Shown here: piece after piece, positions 37,360 to 47,922 of the stretch
Layout of the letters: the number at the start of each line of letters is the position of its first letter
How positions within the stretch are numbered: the first letter of the stretch is position 1
From: a virus
DNA: 64,000 bases
Virus record (IMG/VR): IMGVR_UViG_3300032893_000029
Coordinates: 9,636 to 73,635 of that record
Strand: one strand, 5' to 3'
Notes under the pieces: model-generated
The model's database searches: none
Told to the model about the DNA's origin: nothing
The model's input: only the letters and a program-made list of their open reading frames with translations
Made by a program: the position numbers and the translations under genes

Positions 37360-38056
37360 ATGGGGAACATGAGCCACGAAGAGCCTGAGGATTTCACGAA
37401 ATTGCGGAAGCAGCGGATCGAGGATTTCCGCGAAGTCGCGTCCGATCCGAACCAGGCATTCTGGTTCTGCGGTGTGCAGATCGAAGGCAGCGATGTCGTG
37501 TCGGCAGGCCTGATGGGGACGGCAGCGGCGCGTTATGTCTTCGGCGTCCTCTGCGAAGATGTCAGCCAGATGCATCGGTTCGGAAGATGCCCGTCTTGCG
37601 ACCGTGTCGCGATGGCCTTCATCGCGGCGAAGGAAGCATTCGACAAAGTCATGTCCGCCGGACAACAACTGGCGCACAAACACTAGGAGTCCGACGATGC
37701 AAATCGACAACGACACACTCAAGGTTGCGCTCGCCAAGGCCGTTCTCGACACGATGACGGCGGAGAAGCGCGAAGAAATCATCACGAACGCCGTTGCCTC
37801 GCTGCTCAATACCAAATCGAGCGACAGATACGATGCGCCGAGCGTGCTTCAACACGAGTTCAACACTGCTGTCCGGGATCTCGCCCGCAAGATCGCGACG
37901 GAAGAGCTCGAAAGCAACGAAGAAGTAAAGGCCGCGGTCCGGAAGCTCATCACTGACGCCTGGATCAAGCTCACCGGGCCGGACAATTATTCGAATATCG
38001 TCGGCAAGATCGCCGACGCGATGGCTGCTGGTCTCGCCGGTCGCGATCGTTTTTGA
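37360..38056 (+). CDS. Two hypothetical ORFs (37360-37686; 37697-38056)
   Basis: RBSs AAGGAA and TAGGAG. Confidence 0.6.
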
Positions 38057-39339
38057 TGTCGGACCACCTTCTCCTGATCGACGCCTCCGGGCTGGCCTAT
38101 CGGGCGCTTTACACCGGCCCGAAGTTCGAGCGCCCGAGTGACGGCGCGGCGATCGGCGGCGTGCTGGCCTTCATCAAGATCGTCTGGAAGCTGCTCGGTG
38201 CCGCCCGTTCCGACATGCCGACACACGCCTGCGCGGTGTTCGATCTTCCAGGCCCGACCTTCCGGCACAAGCTGTTTCCGGACTACAAAGGCAACCGCGG
38301 ACCGCGGCCGACGAAGCTGCGCGGCGAGTTCTCGCTGATGATGGAGGCGATCCGGGCCTTTGGCTTCCATCACGCCGGGATGTCGGGCTACGAAGCCGAT
38401 GACATCATCGCCACGCTGGCGCATGTCGCCGATCGCGACGGCGCCCGCGTCACCATCGTCTCATCGGACAAGGACATGATGCAGCTTGTCCGCAAGGGGT
38501 GTGTCGAGATCGTCGATCCCCGCCGCAAGGCCCGCATCACCGAAGACGATGTCCTGAAGAAATTTGGCGTGCTGCCGGAATACGTCGCCGATGTCCAGGC
38601 GCTCGCCGGCGATCCCGTCGACAACATCCCCGGGATTCCGGGGCTTGGGCTCACCGGAGCCGGCAGGATCATCGGACAACACGGCTGTCACGTCGAAGGC
38701 CTGATCACATGGGCGAAGACGGCAACCGGCAATGATGCTGCCTTGATCCGCAAACACGTCGATGCGATCGAGCTCTGCGCCGGCCTGACCAGGCTTAAGA
38801 CCGATGTCCCGGTGTTCACCGGCTGGGACCAGCTTACCGTCACCCCGACCAGGATCGAAGAAATCGAAGCGCTGCTCACCCGGCTGGAATGCCCAATGAA
38901 GCTCGACGCGCTGTTCAAGATCAATTTCGAGACGGCCCGTGAGGTCTCGGCCGATGTCGACCCGCTGGAATGGTGGAAGGAAGAAATCGATTTCCCCGGG
39001 CAGAAAATCCCGCTGGAGCCGCAATGCGGGTTTTACGAGCGCCGCTATGTCAAGGACGGCCCCTGGGTGCCGGCGCGCATCTTTGCCGTTCCCGTCCGCG
39101 ATCCCGTTCAGGCCTCACTCGGCAAGATGACGATGCGGTGCGAAGTCGGGGGAGAACCCAAAGACGCCGTTCAGGAATGGGACGCCTTGTGCTCTCATCC
39201 GATCAGCCAGGGCCGCTACAACGACATGATGGCGAAGGTCCACCGCCAGGGACGGCGGGGTTTCCACAAGCCGGTGGATCTGTTGTCGGCGCCGGCACCG
39301 ACAAATCCGAGACCGAAACAACGAAAGGCGAAACGATGA
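38056..39339 (+). CDS. 5'-3' exonuclease (PolA N-terminal/FEN) with C-terminal extension
   Basis: LIDAS...YRA, FRH..FP.YK.NR, YEADDIIATL, SSDKD, L.GD..DNIPG.PG.G. Confidence 0.9.
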   Translation: MSDHLLLIDASGLAYRALYTGPKFERPSDGAAIGGVLAFIKIVWKLLGAARSDMPTHACAVFDLPGPTFRHKLFPDYKGNRGPRPTKLRGEFSLMMEAIRAFGFHHAGMSGYEADDIIATLAHVADRDGARVTIVSSDKDMMQLVRKGCVEIVDPRRKARITEDDVLKKFGVLPEYVADVQALAGDPVDNIPGIPGLGLTGAGRIIGQHGCHVEGLITWAKTATGNDAALIRKHVDAIELCAGLTRLKTDVPVFTGWDQLTVTPTRIEEIEALLTRLECPMKLDALFKINFETAREVSADVDPLEWWKEEIDFPGQKIPLEPQCGFYERRYVKDGPWVPARIFAVPVRDPVQASLGKMTMRCEVGGEPKDAVQEWDALCSHPISQGRYNDMMAKVHRQGRRGFHKPVDLLSAPAPTNPRPKQRKAKR

Positions 39340-39556
39340 TCGATGTTCATAAAAAAGCGCTCGAGGCGGCAAGGCAACTTCTCCCGGATGGCTTTGTCAT
39401 TGTCCCGAAAGTCCCGACCGAAGCTATGCTCGCCGCGGCGAACAAGGCTTCGCTTTCAAACGCGGTGCTAATGGACGATACGCGCTTTGCCTGCGAGCGC
39501 GCGACATACGAAGCCGCAATCGCGGCTTACACCATCTAACCAAAAAGAGAAAAACG

Positions 39557-41098
39557 ATGACTGACGGAACTGTCCTAGAACCCGGCATCGGGCACAACGC
39601 ACCCCCGGAGCCAATCCGCTATCCCAGCGATGTTGCCATCCTTGAAGATCTGAAGCGGCGATATCCGGAGCTCGAGACGCGACCGGTCGAATGGGAAGCC
39701 GCGCTCGCCACCTTCCCGGAGAGCTTCACGCTTGAAGACGCCGATCGCGCCGCGGCGCTGCAAGATCTGCTCGGTCAGATGGACAAGACAAAGAAGGTCT
39801 GGAAAGGCACGCTCGATGCCGAGACAGACGAGCTCGATACCAAGATCAAGATCATCCGCAATTTCTTCAAAAAGGGGATTGAGTGGATCGGCGGCGGTGC
39901 CAAGGAAAACGGTGTGCTCAACATCTGGCGCCCGCGCCATCAGGCCTTTCTCGATCTGAAGGCGGAAGACAACCGCCGCAAGGCCGAAGAGGAAGCGGAG
40001 CGCCAGCGGCAAGCTGCTGAGGAAGCCCGGCAGAAAGCCGAACACGACAAGCAACTCGCCTTCTGGCGCAGCTTCGATGCCGAAATGGCGCGGGCGCGGA
40101 AAGAAGCCGCGGAGCAGGCGGCGCGCGATGCCGAAGAAGACAAGATGTGGGCGGAGGCCCGCGCTGAGCTCGCCGCCTACGATGCCAGACAGGCGGAGAA
40201 ACAGCGCCGTGAGGACGAGCGCCACGGCCGGGAACAGAATGTCGAGCATATCCGCGCGATGAAACAACTGCATCGCGAGGCGAAGACGCTGGCCGACAGC
40301 GAGAACCAGATGATCATCGGCGAGCAATACAAAAGCGACGCCCGGCTCGACGCTCTTGTGCTTGAGGATGGCGAAATCGCGAAGCTCGCCCGCGAACTCC
40401 TGCACTCGCCCTATCTCGACGATGACCAGAAACAAACCGTTGAAGGCATCCGCGCCGATCTTGTGATCTGGCGCGAACAGCGTCTCGCCCGCTTCGGCGA
40501 TGCGGAACGTCTCGTGCATGAACGCCGGGCCCGCGAGGCGCGGGAACGCGAACAGCGCGAAGCCGAACAGGCCAGGATGCGGCGTCTCGGTGTCTGCCTT
40601 CTCCAGATCGGCGCCGAAGCGACGCGGCGCGCCAGGATCGAAGCGGAAGAGGCGGCGCAAGCGGCGAAGCAAATCGTCAAGGACGCCAAGACCGATGTGA
40701 AAGACGCCGAGAAGGCGGAGACGCTGGCAAACCGCGATGCCCGCACGGCGACACGCGAGGCCGGTTATTCCGAACGCGAAGCCGACAAGACGGAAAACCG
40801 TGCCGATCGGCTGGAACGCCGTGTCGAGACCGCAACGGATGCCGACTTCGGGCGCCATCGCGGCGAACTCGGTACCGTTGGCACGCTGACCGGCCACTAC
40901 GCCGCGGACATCTTCGACTTCGAAGCCCTTCGGAAAACCTGTGGCGAGCTCGGACCCTACTTCACCGATGACGCGCTGAACGGCGCCGTTTATCGCTGGA
41001 TGACGGAGCGCCGCGGCACCTGGACCGAAGAGCGCAAGGAAGGGCTTCTGCCCGGCGTGACATTCATGTGGATCGTCGACTCGAGGATCACGACATGA
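39557..41098 (+). CDS. Long coiled-coil protein of recombination module
   Basis: PGIGHNAPP start; E/R/A-rich helices; C-terminal LPGV. Confidence 0.65.
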   Translation: MTDGTVLEPGIGHNAPPEPIRYPSDVAILEDLKRRYPELETRPVEWEAALATFPESFTLEDADRAAALQDLLGQMDKTKKVWKGTLDAETDELDTKIKIIRNFFKKGIEWIGGGAKENGVLNIWRPRHQAFLDLKAEDNRRKAEEEAERQRQAAEEARQKAEHDKQLAFWRSFDAEMARARKEAAEQAARDAEEDKMWAEARAELAAYDARQAEKQRREDERHGREQNVEHIRAMKQLHREAKTLADSENQMIIGEQYKSDARLDALVLEDGEIAKLARELLHSPYLDDDQKQTVEGIRADLVIWREQRLARFGDAERLVHERRAREAREREQREAEQARMRRLGVCLLQIGAEATRRARIEAEEAAQAAKQIVKDAKTDVKDAEKAETLANRDARTATREAGYSEREADKTENRADRLERRVETATDADFGRHRGELGTVGTLTGHYAADIFDFEALRKTCGELGPYFTDDALNGAVYRWMTERRGTWTEERKEGLLPGVTFMWIVDSRITT

Positions 41099-42336
41099 CC
41101 GAAGTCAAAGAAAAGACAGCCCTTGAAACCGAACTGCCGCCGACCGCCGAAATGAAAGCCGGCCAGGAACTCGTCGCCGTCGCGAACAAGCTTCCGCTTC
41201 GGCTCCCCTATCCCCGCAACGCGCTCGATCTTTTCGGTGTCGATCCCTTCATGTGGAAGGCGATCATCGATGTCGTCTATCCGCTGGCGCGATCGGTCGA
41301 GTCGATCATGCTGGCGATGTCATACTGCAAGGCCCGCAATCTCGACATCATGAAGCGAGTTGTCCACATCGTTCCGATGTGGTCGCGCGCCGCCAATGAC
41401 GGCAGAGGCGGACTGGTCGACACGCTCTGGCCCGGGATTGCCGAAGTCCGCATCACCGCGGCGCGGACACTTAACTACGCCGGCAAGGACTCCGAAATCG
41501 AAGGCCCGATGATGACAGCCGCGTTTGAACACGGCAAAGAGCGAGTCGAGCTCGAATTCCCGGAATGGTGTCAGGTCACGGTCTACAAGATGATCCAGGG
41601 CGTCCGCTGCGCCTTTGTTGGACCCAAGGTCTACTGGCTCGAGGCCTATGGCACCGAAGCGCACGACAGCGAAATCCCGAACGATATGTGGCGGACCAGG
41701 ACGCGCGGCCAGCTTGCGAAGTGTGCCGAAGCCGCGGCGTTGCGTGCGGCCTTCCCCGAAGAGCTCGGCAACGAGTACGTCGCCGAAGAAATGGAAGGCA
41801 AGATCATCGAAGGTGTTGCCGTCCGCGTCGGTGAGATCCTGAAGGAACGCGTCGTCAACCCCGACGGCACGATGAACCCCCCGAAACAGACCGGCACCGG
41901 CTTTGAGCGTCAGGAAACCCCGGCCCGGGCGGAGCCGGAAAGCCGCCAAACCGACGCCCCAGCCGCGGCCGGAGCCGCCGAATCCGGGTCTGCCGGTACT
42001 ACCGGGCCCGGCGGGCGGGAAGCCGCCCCTAGCCCCTCAGAATCGCCCCGGGAAGAGCCCAAACCGGCCGAAAAGCCAGCGGCCGATCAAGCCGCCCTTC
42101 CCCTCCAGCCCGCGGCCGAACTGACCCCGGAACAGCGTCGGGAACAGGAATGGCAGGATTACCGACAGGACCTTCACCGCCAGATCGTGTCCCTGCAAAC
42201 CGGCATGGATGTCGATCTGTTCGAGGATCGGCATCTGCCGGAATTCGACGGCAGGCCCGCTGAGGAGCGCCAGCAATTCAAGGAGGCCTGTGCGCGGCGC
42301 TTCAACGAAATCCGTTCGCAGAGAAAGAGCCGCTGA
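41095..42336 (+). CDS. bet: Phage recombination protein Bet (RecT/Redbeta family)
   Basis: YCKARNLD.MKR.VHIVPMW, R.TAART..YAG, PEWC.VTVY, QLAKCAEAAALR.AFPEE. Confidence 0.85.
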   Translation: MTEVKEKTALETELPPTAEMKAGQELVAVANKLPLRLPYPRNALDLFGVDPFMWKAIIDVVYPLARSVESIMLAMSYCKARNLDIMKRVVHIVPMWSRAANDGRGGLVDTLWPGIAEVRITAARTLNYAGKDSEIEGPMMTAAFEHGKERVELEFPEWCQVTVYKMIQGVRCAFVGPKVYWLEAYGTEAHDSEIPNDMWRTRTRGQLAKCAEAAALRAAFPEELGNEYVAEEMEGKIIEGVAVRVGEILKERVVNPDGTMNPPKQTGTGFERQETPARAEPESRQTDAPAAAGAAESGSAGTTGPGGREAAPSPSESPREEPKPAEKPAADQAALPLQPAAELTPEQRREQEWQDYRQDLHRQIVSLQTGMDVDLFEDRHLPEFDGRPAEERQQFKEACARRFNEIRSQRKSR

Positions 42337-42520
42337 TGCTGCGCAATGCCGTCATCGGGACGATCGGCTGTTTCGGCGGCTTCGTCGGGATCTGTATCTC
42401 GGTCATCATCGCCTCGAGCGTCGATCCTAATGCCAAGCATCTTAATGTTTGGCGCGTCTTGCTGCCGGCTTCTGTTTTGATCGGTGCGGTAAGCTTCGGC
42501 GTCGTCGGCGGATTGCTGCC

Positions 42521-43960
42521 ATGACGGAGGGTTTCAAGATCACGTGGCTCGATTCCGGACTGGAGCCGCGGTGTGCGCCGAATCCAAACTATCCCAACGG
42601 TATCGATGTCGATGTCAGTGACGGCGCGTTGAAAACCTGCCGCGTCGAGCTCCCTTATCCGGCGAAGCGCATCGGTCGTTATCGCGTCGAATGCGAGAAG
42701 TGCGGGATCAAGGCCGAATGCACGACAGCCGGCAGGCCGGATGATCCGACGAGCATCACCATCGGCTGCTACACCCAAAAACTCTTTCCCGGTGTGACCA
42801 GGATCACAATCGGGCCAAGCCCCGTAAAGGAGAAAAAGCCGTGAGAACACAAGATGAAATCCTCGCCGAAGCCCGGCGATCGATTCGTGTCAGAGAAGAT
42901 CCTTTCGGCACCTATCTCGGCGAACTTATCATGCGCTTGCCCTTCGATGTCGCCAATGAATTCCTCACGGTCGAAGCGACGGCGGAAAAATTCGGCGATC
43001 CAAAACCATGCGATGACGAAACCGTCATCGGCGAGCTCAGGGAGTACATGGCATTCGCCTGGGACAAAGCCAACAATTGTCGCGGTCTTTCCGCGGTGCG
43101 ATCGCTCTATCACATGAAGGCCTGGCTGTGGCTGCTCGGAGAAGATGACGCCGCGACACATCTGTTCGACGACTATCGTTTCTACGGCAAGCCGCAACTC
43201 GCCGCGATTTGCGAGCATTACGCGATCGACTGGAAAGCGCTCGATGACGGCAACTGGACCAACGACGAAAGCTGCAACGGACCTGTTGGCTGTCCGGAAC
43301 CGCTCAAATGGAACCAGCCGGCGCTTTCCGTCGAGACGCCGCCGGCGCCGGACAAGATCACCGCAGAAGAAATGCGCACGGTGTTCGGCACCGACATGCC
43401 GATCGAGGCGGTCAAGCTGCTCTGGGAAACGCCAGACGACTGGACCGTTGGTCAGGTCCGCGCCGAGCTCCGTCGCATCATGGAAGAGCGCAAGAAGGCA
43501 AGAACCATCACGATACATATAAAAGTCCCGCCGGAACCGCGGCTGGAAACCCCGACGACGGCGCTGCGCTGGAACGGCGGCGTGCTGGAACAGGCCTTCG
43601 TGCATCATGTCCCGCCGTCCTACACCGAAGAAATCGAGTGGCGCCGCGTTCCAGACGCCGAATAGAGGGGGAGCCATGACATACAAAATCGTGGCTGGCG
43701 CCGTCGTCGTTTTCGGTCTTGTCGTGTCGGTCTTCGCGATAGTTTCGCGCGTGCTGCCGCAACCGGCGCCAGGGCGCACGGTTGTTTGCGGCAACGATTT
43801 CTTCTTGCTGGAAAAGGGGTCGCAGCCCCTTGTCGGCACCGACGGCAATGTGCTGTGGCCGTCGGACTGGTCGACAGAACAGGCGCGTCAGTACCGCGAC
43901 AAGCATCACATCCCCGGCGGCTGGCGCCCGACGGACAGAACAGAAGAGAGAAAGCCGTGA
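42521..43960 (+). CDS. Hypothetical ORFs (42521-42844 Cys-rich, 42841-43665, 43676-43960)
   Basis: Coupled ORFs; YM.FAWDKANNCRGLSA motif in 42841-43665. Confidence 0.6.
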
Positions 43961-44134
43961 ACACCGGAGTCGTAACGCTGTCGCTGTACTGCATCTTGTG
44001 GGGCATCTAGTCGATCAACCCGCGATTTCCGCCGGCCTGGCAATCCGGCATGTTCCTGCTTGCTATTGTATTCGGATTCTTCGCCGGCATTTCCGTATCG
44101 ACATCACCGTGAAACTCAAAAAGAAAGGCAAACC

Positions 44135-45682
44135 ATGACTGACATCGCTGTTTCGAAACTGAAGTTCGGCCAGGACTACCCGCCGGGCTGCATCAACATC
44201 CGTTCCGTCGATCGCGACGCCGATCTTCCCGAGCTCACCGCGTCGATCAAAGCCGAAGGTCTGCTTCAGCCGCTGGTCGGTGTCGAGCATAACGGCGATT
44301 TCTACATCGCCGACGGCAACCGCCGGCTCGCCGCGCTTAAGAAGCTGAAGCTCGAAACGATTCACGAAAGCAATCTCTGGCTGATCGACGGCACATCCGT
44401 CGAGGACATCAAGACCAAGGCGCTTGCCGCCAATATCCAGCGGGTGCCAATGCATGAAGTCGACCGCTACGAAGCCTTCGCCGCGCTGAACCTTCCGCCG
44501 GAGAAGATCGCGGAACGCTTCGGTGTCGATATCAAAGTCGTCAAGCGGGCGCTGGCACTCGGCAACCTCTGCGATGTCATCCGCAAGGACTGGAAAGCCG
44601 GCAAGCTGAGATCGGATGTCGCTAGGGCCTTCACGCTCCAGCCGGATCTGAAGCTTCAGGAACAGGTCTACAACCGGCTTAAGAAATCGCACCAGATACA
44701 TTCCGATTGGGTGGTCCGCCGCGAGATCACCGGCAATGTCGATGCGGAGCGTGTCGCCGATCTTCTGGCCTATGTCGGAGAGCCCGAATATCTCGCCGCC
44801 GGCGGCGTCATCGTCCATGACCTTTTTTTCGTCGAGAACGAGACGAGGTCCGTCGTCGGCAATTACGAGCTTCTGGTCAAATGCGCGAAGGACAAGGCCG
44901 AAGCGTTTATCGCGAAGCTTAAGGAAGAAGGCTGGTCCTGGGTGGCGTTCGATTTCGAGCTCCCAATGTACTGGCATCACGACATGCAGATCATCGGCAA
45001 AAAAGCCGACAAGGCCAAAACCGGCTGTGTCGTCGCGATCAAGAACGGGAAGCTCGATATCACTGTCGGCGTGTCGAAGACGAAAGCCAAGGTCGCCGGC
45101 GAGAAGCGGACTGAGGCAAAGAGGGCAAATCCGAATAAGATATCGAACGCCCTGATGCGCCGCATCGACCGCTGGAACGCGGTGGCGACGAAGAAGGCGC
45201 TGACGATGATCGCGACACACAATGCCACCAACAATCCGCTAATGGCGGTCCTTGCGGAAACCGTTGCGAGGATCATCTTTCCGGATCGTGCCGGTTTCAC
45301 TCCGGACCCTGTTACGAAGGCCTTGCCGGACATCCGCAATGCCACGCTCGAGATCACGATCGCGTCGGAACTTGTGAAGGCCTTCGACCGCAAGGACTAT
45401 TTCTCCAACGCGCCGAAACTGGTTGTGCTGAAGGCGGTAGAGGAGTGCTTCGGCAAGGAAACGGTGACGAAGCTCGCCGCAAAATCGAAGCCTGACATCT
45501 GGAAGTTCGCGCTCGCCAATCTGCCGTCGACCTATCTGCCGCCGGCGATGCGGACGAAACGCTACACCGTTGCGAAAGCGAAGGATGGGACCAGACTGGC
45601 GGCTGAAGGCACGCTTGAGAAGGCCAAAGGCAAGAAAGGCCCGGCGAAGAAAAAGGCGCCGGCGCGGAGGAAGGCGGCATGA
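44135..45682 (+). CDS. ParB-like protein, long form
   Basis: L.ASI.AEGLLQPL, DGNRRL.AL, N.QR..M..VD.YEAF, IA.RFG; Y.AAGG....DLF. Confidence 0.8.
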   Translation: MTDIAVSKLKFGQDYPPGCINIRSVDRDADLPELTASIKAEGLLQPLVGVEHNGDFYIADGNRRLAALKKLKLETIHESNLWLIDGTSVEDIKTKALAANIQRVPMHEVDRYEAFAALNLPPEKIAERFGVDIKVVKRALALGNLCDVIRKDWKAGKLRSDVARAFTLQPDLKLQEQVYNRLKKSHQIHSDWVVRREITGNVDAERVADLLAYVGEPEYLAAGGVIVHDLFFVENETRSVVGNYELLVKCAKDKAEAFIAKLKEEGWSWVAFDFELPMYWHHDMQIIGKKADKAKTGCVVAIKNGKLDITVGVSKTKAKVAGEKRTEAKRANPNKISNALMRRIDRWNAVATKKALTMIATHNATNNPLMAVLAETVARIIFPDRAGFTPDPVTKALPDIRNATLEITIASELVKAFDRKDYFSNAPKLVVLKAVEECFGKETVTKLAAKSKPDIWKFALANLPSTYLPPAMRTKRYTVAKAKDGTRLAAEGTLEKAKGKKGPAKKKAPARRKAA

Positions 45683-46509
45683 AGATCCTTGTCATCGATC
45701 TGGAAACCATCGGCGAAGGCCCCGCCGATGGTGGCGTCGTCGAGCTCGGCTGGTGTGAAGTGCTGCAATTCAAGGTCTACAAATCTCCCCTCAGCACCGG
45801 TCCGGAAATAATCGATTACACCATCGGGGAATCCGGCGCGCACTTCATCGATCCCGGGATGCCGATCCCGCCGGAATCCTCGATGCATCATCACATCATC
45901 GATTCCGATGTCGTCGGTGCCCGGCCGTTCGCGCTCGAGCTCGGCAACCTGCTGAAGGTCCGCGAGCCGACGGTGCTGGCGGCGCATTCGGCGAAGTTCG
46001 AACAGCGCTTCATCACGCCGGACATGACCGGCGGCTTGCCCTGGATCTGCACCTACAAATGCGGCCTCAGGCTCTACCCCGATGCGCCGTCCCATTCGAA
46101 CCAGGGGCTACGCTACTACAACAAGCCCCAAGGCCTGATCCGGGAGAAAGGTCTGCCGGCACATCGCGCCGAACCCGACGCCTATGTGACGGCGTTTCAC
46201 GTCCGCGACATGCTCTCGCTCGCATCGGTTGAGGATCTGGTAAAATGGAGTTCGGAGCCAGCGTTGCAGCGGACATGCCATATCGGCAGCTATCGCGGCG
46301 AGAAATGGGTCAACATCGAAAGCTCTTTTCTGCGCTGGGTCGCCGATCGGGACTTCGATGAAGATGTCCACTACACCGTCAACCGCCTCTTGTTGCAGCG
46401 GCAGGGTCTTGACGGCGAAGAACTCGAGGCGGCACTTCACAAAATCCTGCACGGCGAAGAGGATCAAGACGATGTCGAGTTCGAGGAAATCGTCGACGAA
46501 AGCCGGTAG
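45679..46509 (+). CDS. DEDDh 3'-5' exonuclease (ExoX-like)
   Basis: VIDLET, AAH.AKFE, WICTYK, HRA..DAYVT. Confidence 0.85.
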   Translation: MKILVIDLETIGEGPADGGVVELGWCEVLQFKVYKSPLSTGPEIIDYTIGESGAHFIDPGMPIPPESSMHHHIIDSDVVGARPFALELGNLLKVREPTVLAAHSAKFEQRFITPDMTGGLPWICTYKCGLRLYPDAPSHSNQGLRYYNKPQGLIREKGLPAHRAEPDAYVTAFHVRDMLSLASVEDLVKWSSEPALQRTCHIGSYRGEKWVNIESSFLRWVADRDFDEDVHYTVNRLLLQRQGLDGEELEAALHKILHGEEDQDDVEFEEIVDESR

Positions 46510-47012
46510 TGCCAGCGGCACGATTGACGCCGCGAAGGCCGCGGCAGAAGCGCTCAAGGACTTGAATATGTTCTATGCGATCATCGCTCTATGCGAGCAC
46601 AGTCTTTTCAGTGCCGACAGCCATCGCGGCGAGGCGGAAATCATCCGCATCTGCAAACGCCACTCCGCGGCGTGCCTAGACCGCTACGACAGCGCGATGA
46701 AAAAACTTCAGGACAAACAGAAGGAGCAGACATCATGACACCGACAGCAACAGCTTTTGCCATCCTCACCCAGCTTATGGTGATGCACGGCGCGACGCCG
46801 CTCGATGCGCCACACCGTGCGACGGACGCCGTTCTTCAGGTCCGGCTGCGTCCGGTTACAGCCAAAGGCGTCGCACTTAAGGACGCGCCCTGGACCGATG
46901 TCGCCTATTGTGCGCCGAAAGATTGCGCCGGCGCGATGTGGCAGCAATCGAACGCCCGCAAGATCACCGATGCCATCGCGGTTCTGGTCCCGCTGGCACT
47001 GAGGAGGAAAAC

Positions 47013-47657
47013 ATGACTTATCTCAAACCCGGATTTCCTGAACTGCCGGTGCGGATGCGGAGCCGGCCGATCGACGATCGCGGTTATCCGGTGCCGTGGT
47101 TTGTCGGGAAAACTGACGCCGGCTGGGACTTCCGCGTCATCCGGCCGGATGGGATCGCGCTCGCCATCCTGCGCGACACATGCTGGCTCTGTGGCGACCG
47201 GCTCGGCCGACACAAGGTTTTCTGCATCGGACCGATGTGCGCCATCACGCGGACAACATCGGAACCGCCAAGCCATCTTGATTGTGCCGAGTTCGCGGTC
47301 AAAGCCTGCCCATTCCTTTCCAACCCCGACATGCGTCGCAGCCCGCGGCCGATGCCGGAAGGATCGAGTGATCCAGCGGGCATTCACATTCCCCGCAATC
47401 CCGGCGTGACATGCCTTTGGACGACGGAGACCTACAAAACGTTCCCTGTCGCCGGCGGCAGGCTGATCAAGCTAGGCGATCCAAGTCATATCGCGTGGTG
47501 GGCGCGCGGACGGACGGCGACGCGCGAGGAAGTCGAGGAAAGTGTCAACACCGGACTGCCGCTTCTCCAGAAGCAGGCGATGGAAGACAGCGCAGAAGCC
47601 GTTGTCGACCTCGCCAAAAGGGCGGGCTGGTTTCGCGCAAATCTTCTACCGGCCTGA
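47013..47657 (+). CDS. Conserved Cys/His phage protein
   Basis: GYPVPWFV, CWLCG, EPP.H.DCA..A...CPFL. Confidence 0.7.
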   Translation: MTYLKPGFPELPVRMRSRPIDDRGYPVPWFVGKTDAGWDFRVIRPDGIALAILRDTCWLCGDRLGRHKVFCIGPMCAITRTTSEPPSHLDCAEFAVKACPFLSNPDMRRSPRPMPEGSSDPAGIHIPRNPGVTCLWTTETYKTFPVAGGRLIKLGDPSHIAWWARGRTATREEVEESVNTGLPLLQKQAMEDSAEAVVDLAKRAGWFRANLLPA

Positions 47658-47922
47658 CGATGGCGCTTTCACCCCATGACACCGCCAGGATCGTCGGCAC
47701 GCTGACTCTGTTCCTCCGACACGAAGTCACTGACGCCGGCGGGACCCCGGAAGACGGCGCCGCCGTTCTGCGATTGATGTATGTCTCGGCGTTTTGCCTG
47801 CTGGCTCAACACGACGGCGTCAAGCGCGATGTCGCCACGGCCGCCCTTTTGAAAACCACCTATGACGCTTTCGTGCCGGCGTGGCATATCGCGATCGATA
47901 TCGCGAATGGAAAGAGACCGCG

